28,517 nt of DNA from IMG/VR virus record IMGVR_UViG_3300007094_000038, positions 1 to 28,517 of that record; one strand, 5' to 3'. Made by a program: the position numbers and the translations under genes. The first letter of the stretch is position 1, and every line of letters begins with the position of its first letter. This document shows, piece by piece, positions 24,815 through 28,517 of the stretch. The notes beneath the pieces were generated by a model. That model was not told the origin of the DNA. It saw only the letters and a list, made by a program, of their open reading frames with translations, and ran no database searches. The DNA is from a virus. Taxonomy: Duplodnaviria; Caudoviricetes.

Positions 24815-26719
24815 ATGATTTCACCGGAATTTATATTTGAACTTGTCCAAAGTCTTGTGGACAAAAAGAAAACATCTGCCAAGTCAAAACCAAAACTTGG
24901 GTCACAATATGTTGGTCATTCTGAAGATTACCACAATGCAGAGTTTTATAATGGTTATGGGTTATCAGTAAAATGGCTCAATCAGATTAGGGTTCATGCT
25001 CAAAAAGGTGTTTACCCTTATGAGTTGTTTATGAAACAAGCCCCCAACCAAACACCAGCAGAGGCAGATTATGTTAGGGCAAACTACAAGCAAACAACCA
25101 TACAAGTTTTTAAGGATATGGTTGACACATATGGAAGGGCATACCATGAAAACAACTGGTCAATCCAATATGTGACAGATGCAGACCAATATATAAATAC
25201 AAATACAACGCTTCAGCAGTATTTGGATTCTGAATTTCCCGAATATGGAAGCTTGGACAATTTTGTTTTTACATTCTTGCCACCTCTTAAAATGATGGAT
25301 GCAATGGGTGTGGTTGCAGTATTGCCCTATGATATTCCAGTAATTGAAAAGGATGGTGAACAAATCATTGACCCCGAACAACTGATAAAGCCTTATACAA
25401 AGTTCTACCATACAACAAGGGTTTTGGCTTATGATATTAATTATGCAGTAATAGAAAGTGAAGAGCTAAGTTCAGTTGAATACAATGGTAAAGAGGTTTA
25501 TGATGGGTTGGTATTTTACATTTTTGATGATGAGTGGATTTATAAAGCCATTCAAGTTGGCAAAAAAATAGATTATCAATTTGAGGTTGTTGAGTGGTTC
25601 AATCATGCTACTGGAATAGTGCCAGTAAAAAGGGTTGATGGTATTGCAATTCAGATTGATGAAACAATGATGCAACAAAGCCCCTTTCTTTATGCAACAG
25701 ACATATTGGATGAGGTGCTTTTGGATAGTGCTTTATTGAGAGGCATAAAACCAACTTGCACCTACCCATTCAGAGTAATGGTTGGTGAGTATTGTGAGTT
25801 TAGCATTAGGGATAATGGGGAGCAATTGGTTTGCGATAATGGTTATCATTACAGAGCAGATGGATCAAAAAGCATTTGCCCCGAATGTAATGGAACCGGA
25901 GCAAAAGACAGAGTTAGTCCTTATGGCACTTTGTTGATTAAGCCACAAAAAGGAACAAGTCAAGGTGATACGGTTACACCCGATAGGGCTATGTATTATG
26001 CTTCGCCATCAACTGAAACACCGGTATTTCTACGCAATGAGATTGCACAAGGAATGGCTATGGCTTATGACATTTTGCATCTTAAGAAAACAGACAACAA
26101 GGTACAAGGTAGTGCCGGGTTGACTGCAACAGAGGTAGCAAGTGACCAAAAGAGTTTGATTGCCGGTATTAAACAGAACTCTGTTCAATTGTTTGACCTT
26201 TATGAGTGGTGCATTGATGTGATTGGTCTTATGAGGTATGGTGAGAATTATAGAAAGCCTACAATAAAAAGACCAGTCAATTATGACTTTTACCTTGAGT
26301 CTGATTATATGGCTCAAATCAATGAGGCTATTGCATCAAAGCAACCACCTTTTGTAATACAGTCCATCATTTATAAGTATTTGCAAACCTTGTATTACCC
26401 CGATGTCAAAGGTCAAAAGGTCTTTAATCTCATTAGTCAAACTGATAGGTTGATGACCATGACATTGGATGAGATTAATATGAAGCTTTCCAAAGGATTG
26501 GTTGACAAGTGGGAGGTAGTTCTGCATGATTCAGCAATTAATTTTGTGAATGGATTGATGATGGAAAACCAAGAATTTTTGGAGCAAGATTTTGACATAC
26601 AAATGCAATTGTTGATTGCCAAAGCCAAAGAGGTTGCAGATAGTATTACCATTCAAAGCCCAAGCCAATTCAATTCAAGGTCTGTAATAAATGACATTGT
26701 GAACAATAATGAAATTTAA
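24815..26719 (+). CDS. putative portal protein with zinc-finger insertion
   Basis: 634 aa, coupled (TAATG) to the minor capsid gene, helical/beta layout compatible with portals. Assignment rests mainly on size and synteny. Confidence 0.68.
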   Translation: MISPEFIFELVQSLVDKKKTSAKSKPKLGSQYVGHSEDYHNAEFYNGYGLSVKWLNQIRVHAQKGVYPYELFMKQAPNQTPAEADYVRANYKQTTIQVFKDMVDTYGRAYHENNWSIQYVTDADQYINTNTTLQQYLDSEFPEYGSLDNFVFTFLPPLKMMDAMGVVAVLPYDIPVIEKDGEQIIDPEQLIKPYTKFYHTTRVLAYDINYAVIESEELSSVEYNGKEVYDGLVFYIFDDEWIYKAIQVGKKIDYQFEVVEWFNHATGIVPVKRVDGIAIQIDETMMQQSPFLYATDILDEVLLDSALLRGIKPTCTYPFRVMVGEYCEFSIRDNGEQLVCDNGYHYRADGSKSICPECNGTGAKDRVSPYGTLLIKPQKGTSQGDTVTPDRAMYYASPSTETPVFLRNEIAQGMAMAYDILHLKKTDNKVQGSAGLTATEVASDQKSLIAGIKQNSVQLFDLYEWCIDVIGLMRYGENYRKPTIKRPVNYDFYLESDYMAQINEAIASKQPPFVIQSIIYKYLQTLYYPDVKGQKVFNLISQTDRLMTMTLDEINMKLSKGLVDKWEVVLHDSAINFVNGLMMENQEFLEQDFDIQMQLLIAKAKEVADSITIQSPSQFNSRSVINDIVNNNEI

Positions 26720-27624
26720 TGCCAACACTTGATGAGTTAATTAGGGAGAAAACTTTTAGGCTTACAAGGGTTCCGGATGAGTTTTTAACTGCCGTTGAAA
26801 AAGCCACAAAAGAACTTTACCCCGATGTAATTGATTTGTTGAATCAACTTGAGGTTGATGCTCAAGGCAACATAATTTTTAACAATACCAATTTGCAATT
26901 GACTGCTGAATTAAAAGAGCAGTTGAAAGATATATTGTTACAATCTGATTATGTGAGTGCCGTTAAAGAGTTTGCTAAACAATTTGACCAACAAGCAAAG
27001 ATTACAAACCAATTATTAAGAAAAGGATTTGACAATGTAGAAACTGAGTTGGCAAATCAACTCAATAAGATTAGCAAAAAAAATACTGCTGACATTCTTA
27101 TTAATTCAATAGGTGATGAGGCTTTTGCTGATGCAGTAAGTGAGCAAATAGAATTAGCCGTTTCAAATAATGCCTCTTTTAAAGATACAATCAAAGCCGT
27201 TAGGGATGTTGTTACTGGCAATGATGAGATTGATGGAAAGCTTCAGCAATATGCCAAGCAAGTAGCACATGACCAATTTGCAATTGCTGATAGGTCATAT
27301 ACATCAGCTATGGCTGATGAGATTGGTGCTGAATGGTTCAAATATAGTGGTGATACAATAGAAAGCACAAGGGAATTTTGTAGGGAAAGGCACAACAGAT
27401 TTTTTTACTATAAGGAAATAGAGGAATGGGCTGATGAGGAATGGCAAGGCAAGATTGATGGCACAAATGAAAAAACCATTTACTCAACTGCCGGTGGTTA
27501 TAATTGTAGGCATTCAATCATACCAGTATCAATTTTTGCAGTACCAAAGGATGACATTAGAAGGAATATAGATAATGGAAATTTCGAACCTTCTGAATCA
27601 TTATTGAATCAATTGGATTTATAA
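26719..27624 (+). CDS. minor capsid / head morphogenesis protein (SPP1 gp7 / Mu gpF-like)
   Basis: Helical N-terminus, then FKYSG...STREFC...GGYNCRHSIIPV, the characteristic C-terminal motif. Confidence 0.85.
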   Translation: MPTLDELIREKTFRLTRVPDEFLTAVEKATKELYPDVIDLLNQLEVDAQGNIIFNNTNLQLTAELKEQLKDILLQSDYVSAVKEFAKQFDQQAKITNQLLRKGFDNVETELANQLNKISKKNTADILINSIGDEAFADAVSEQIELAVSNNASFKDTIKAVRDVVTGNDEIDGKLQQYAKQVAHDQFAIADRSYTSAMADEIGAEWFKYSGDTIESTREFCRERHNRFFYYKEIEEWADEEWQGKIDGTNEKTIYSTAGGYNCRHSIIPVSIFAVPKDDIRRNIDNGNFEPSESLLNQLDL

Positions 27625-27660
27625 AAAAAAGCCAAAGACCTTACGGGGTCAATTGGCTTT
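27623..27660. terminator. intrinsic terminator between convergent genes (probably bidirectional)
   Basis: AAAGCCAA-A-GACCT-TACG-GGGTC-AA-TTGGCTTT. The A8 run gives a U8 tail on the minus strand; UACG loop on plus. Confidence 0.75.
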
Positions 27661-27681
27661 AAACCCAAAAATATAAAACTT

Positions 27682-27894
27682 TTAAACGGCTTCGGTAATT
27701 GCTTTAATATTGTGAAGACAAGCATTCTCAGACTTGAAACCCCAATTGTTGCAAATGATATAACCATTTTTGCTTACAAGCCTATTGCCAAAGGTTTTTA
27801 CTCCTTTATTTATAGAAACATAAATCTCCCAAGTGGCTTTAGTGCCTTTGATTTTTGTAATGGTTTTACCGGTCTTTTTTTGTTTTGGTCGCAT
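27682..27894 (-). CDS. YegP/DUF1508-like protein
   Basis: WEIY...RLVSKNGYIICNNWGFKSENACLHNIKAI matches the DUF1508 pattern (RLxAxNGxII..SEGYxSxxxCxxxIxxV). ATG 27894 preferred over TTG 27903. Confidence 0.72.
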   Translation of the reverse strand: MRPKQKKTGKTITKIKGTKATWEIYVSINKGVKTFGNRLVSKNGYIICNNWGFKSENACLHNIKAITEAV

Positions 27895-27958
27895 TTGAGT
27901 CAATGATTAGAAGGATTAAACATATGATAAATAAAATGAAGCTTAATAGTAATTGCAT
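27866..27958 (-). CDS. 30-aa single-TM micropeptide
   Basis: Not in ORF track. MQLLLSFILFIICLILLIIDSNATKTKKDR*; overlaps both neighbours. Confidence 0.5.
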   Translation of the reverse strand: MQLLLSFILFIICLILLIIDSNATKTKKDR

Positions 27959-28044
27959 ATTAACCAAGTCCAAAATATAATGCAAGTACAAATCAGTACC
28001 ACCCAAAACAGAGCAATCAAATTATCATCATTTTTATCCCTCAT
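27943..28044 (-). CDS. 33-aa single-TM micropeptide
   Basis: Not in ORF track. MRDKNDDNLIALFWVVLICTCIIFWTWLICNYY*; downstream of a minus-strand TAnnTTTG box. Confidence 0.5.
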   Translation of the reverse strand: MRDKNDDNLIALFWVVLICTCIIFWTWLICNYY

Positions 28045-28051
28045 ACTATTG

Positions 28052-28107
28052 GTACTAATCAGTACAAACATAAACACTAAAATGTAATTTCTTACATTAT
28101 ATTTGCA
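28052..28107. promoter_or_regulatory. divergent promoter pair with palindromic operator-like site
   Basis: Minus-strand TATGTTTG (28065-28072), plus-strand TATATTTGCA (28098-28107), palindrome GTACT-AATC-AGTAC (28052-28065). Confidence 0.55.
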
Positions 28108-28123
28108 AATAAATCAGAGAGAT

Positions 28124-28444
28124 ATGGACAAAGACAAAACACTTCAGTTGAGGGAAGCCATTTCAATGGTAACCGGTAGAAGGGCAAAATTGCCACCAAG
28201 CATTTGGAAAAACCCAATAAGGATGCAAAGTGGTGGTTGGAAAATCATAGAGCAATTTGAAGAGAATACCACAACCATAGCACCAAAAGTTGATTTGCCA
28301 CAAAACACAACTGCCCCAATAAGTGAACCGGTTACATTGGATGAGAAAACAAAAAGCCTCATGGAAATGTATTTGGGTTCAAGTGAAGAGCCAAAAATTG
28401 AAACAAAAAAAAGAGGTAGAAAATCTAAATCCAATAACATATGA
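28124..28444 (+). CDS. hypothetical protein with basic C-terminal KKRGRK tail
   Basis: ATG 28124 follows the promoter; low-complexity linker and AT-hook-like tail. Confidence 0.65.
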   Translation: MDKDKTLQLREAISMVTGRRAKLPPSIWKNPIRMQSGGWKIIEQFEENTTTIAPKVDLPQNTTAPISEPVTLDEKTKSLMEMYLGSSEEPKIETKKRGRKSKSNNI

Positions 28445-28517
28445 TTGACATTAAAAGCCTAAATGAATTTGCCGGTACATCGGCTGAAACCTTTGAACAG
28501 TTCAAAGAGCAATTCCA
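28441..28517 (+). CDS. 3'-truncated ORF, possibly capsid scaffold
   Basis: ATGA overlap; MIDIKSLNEFAGTSAETFEQFKEQF... open to the window edge. Function inferred from position only. Confidence 0.45.
   Translation, partial: MIDIKSLNEFAGTSAETFEQFKEQF

Noticed and set aside
1-28517. Stop-codon reassignment as in some crAss-like phages
   Set aside because: Genes tile densely in the standard code. TGA and TAA end coupled genes, and TAG ends genes at 7239 and 20245.

Overview
AT-rich fragment (roughly one-third GC by eye) of a tailed dsDNA phage genome, probably a siphovirus. The host is most likely Bacteroidota, inferred from several TAnnTTTG -7 promoter boxes and A-rich, Shine-Dalgarno-less starts. 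Gene order: C5 DNA methyltransferase + PD-(D/E)XK nuclease; an inverted metallophosphoesterase/HEXXH pair; a replication module (initiator with internal iterons, DnaB-family helicase, nuclease); terminase; tail module (chaperone with hidden -1 frameshift, tape measure, fibre/tip proteins, probable tail tube); a glycosyltransferase/methyltransferase cassette inside the structural operon; portal with a zinc-finger insert; minor capsid protein; an inverted three-gene moron; start of further head genes. Most notable: (1) a four-GT-domain + SAM-methyltransferase cassette between tail tube and portal, a candidate virion-glycosylation system; (2) apparent window-wide absence of CCTG/CAGG with about 90 CCGG sites; (3) a four-hairpin leader RNA with complementary loops upstream of the replication operon. 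All family assignments come from motif recognition by eye, not database searches, and k-mer counts are manual.
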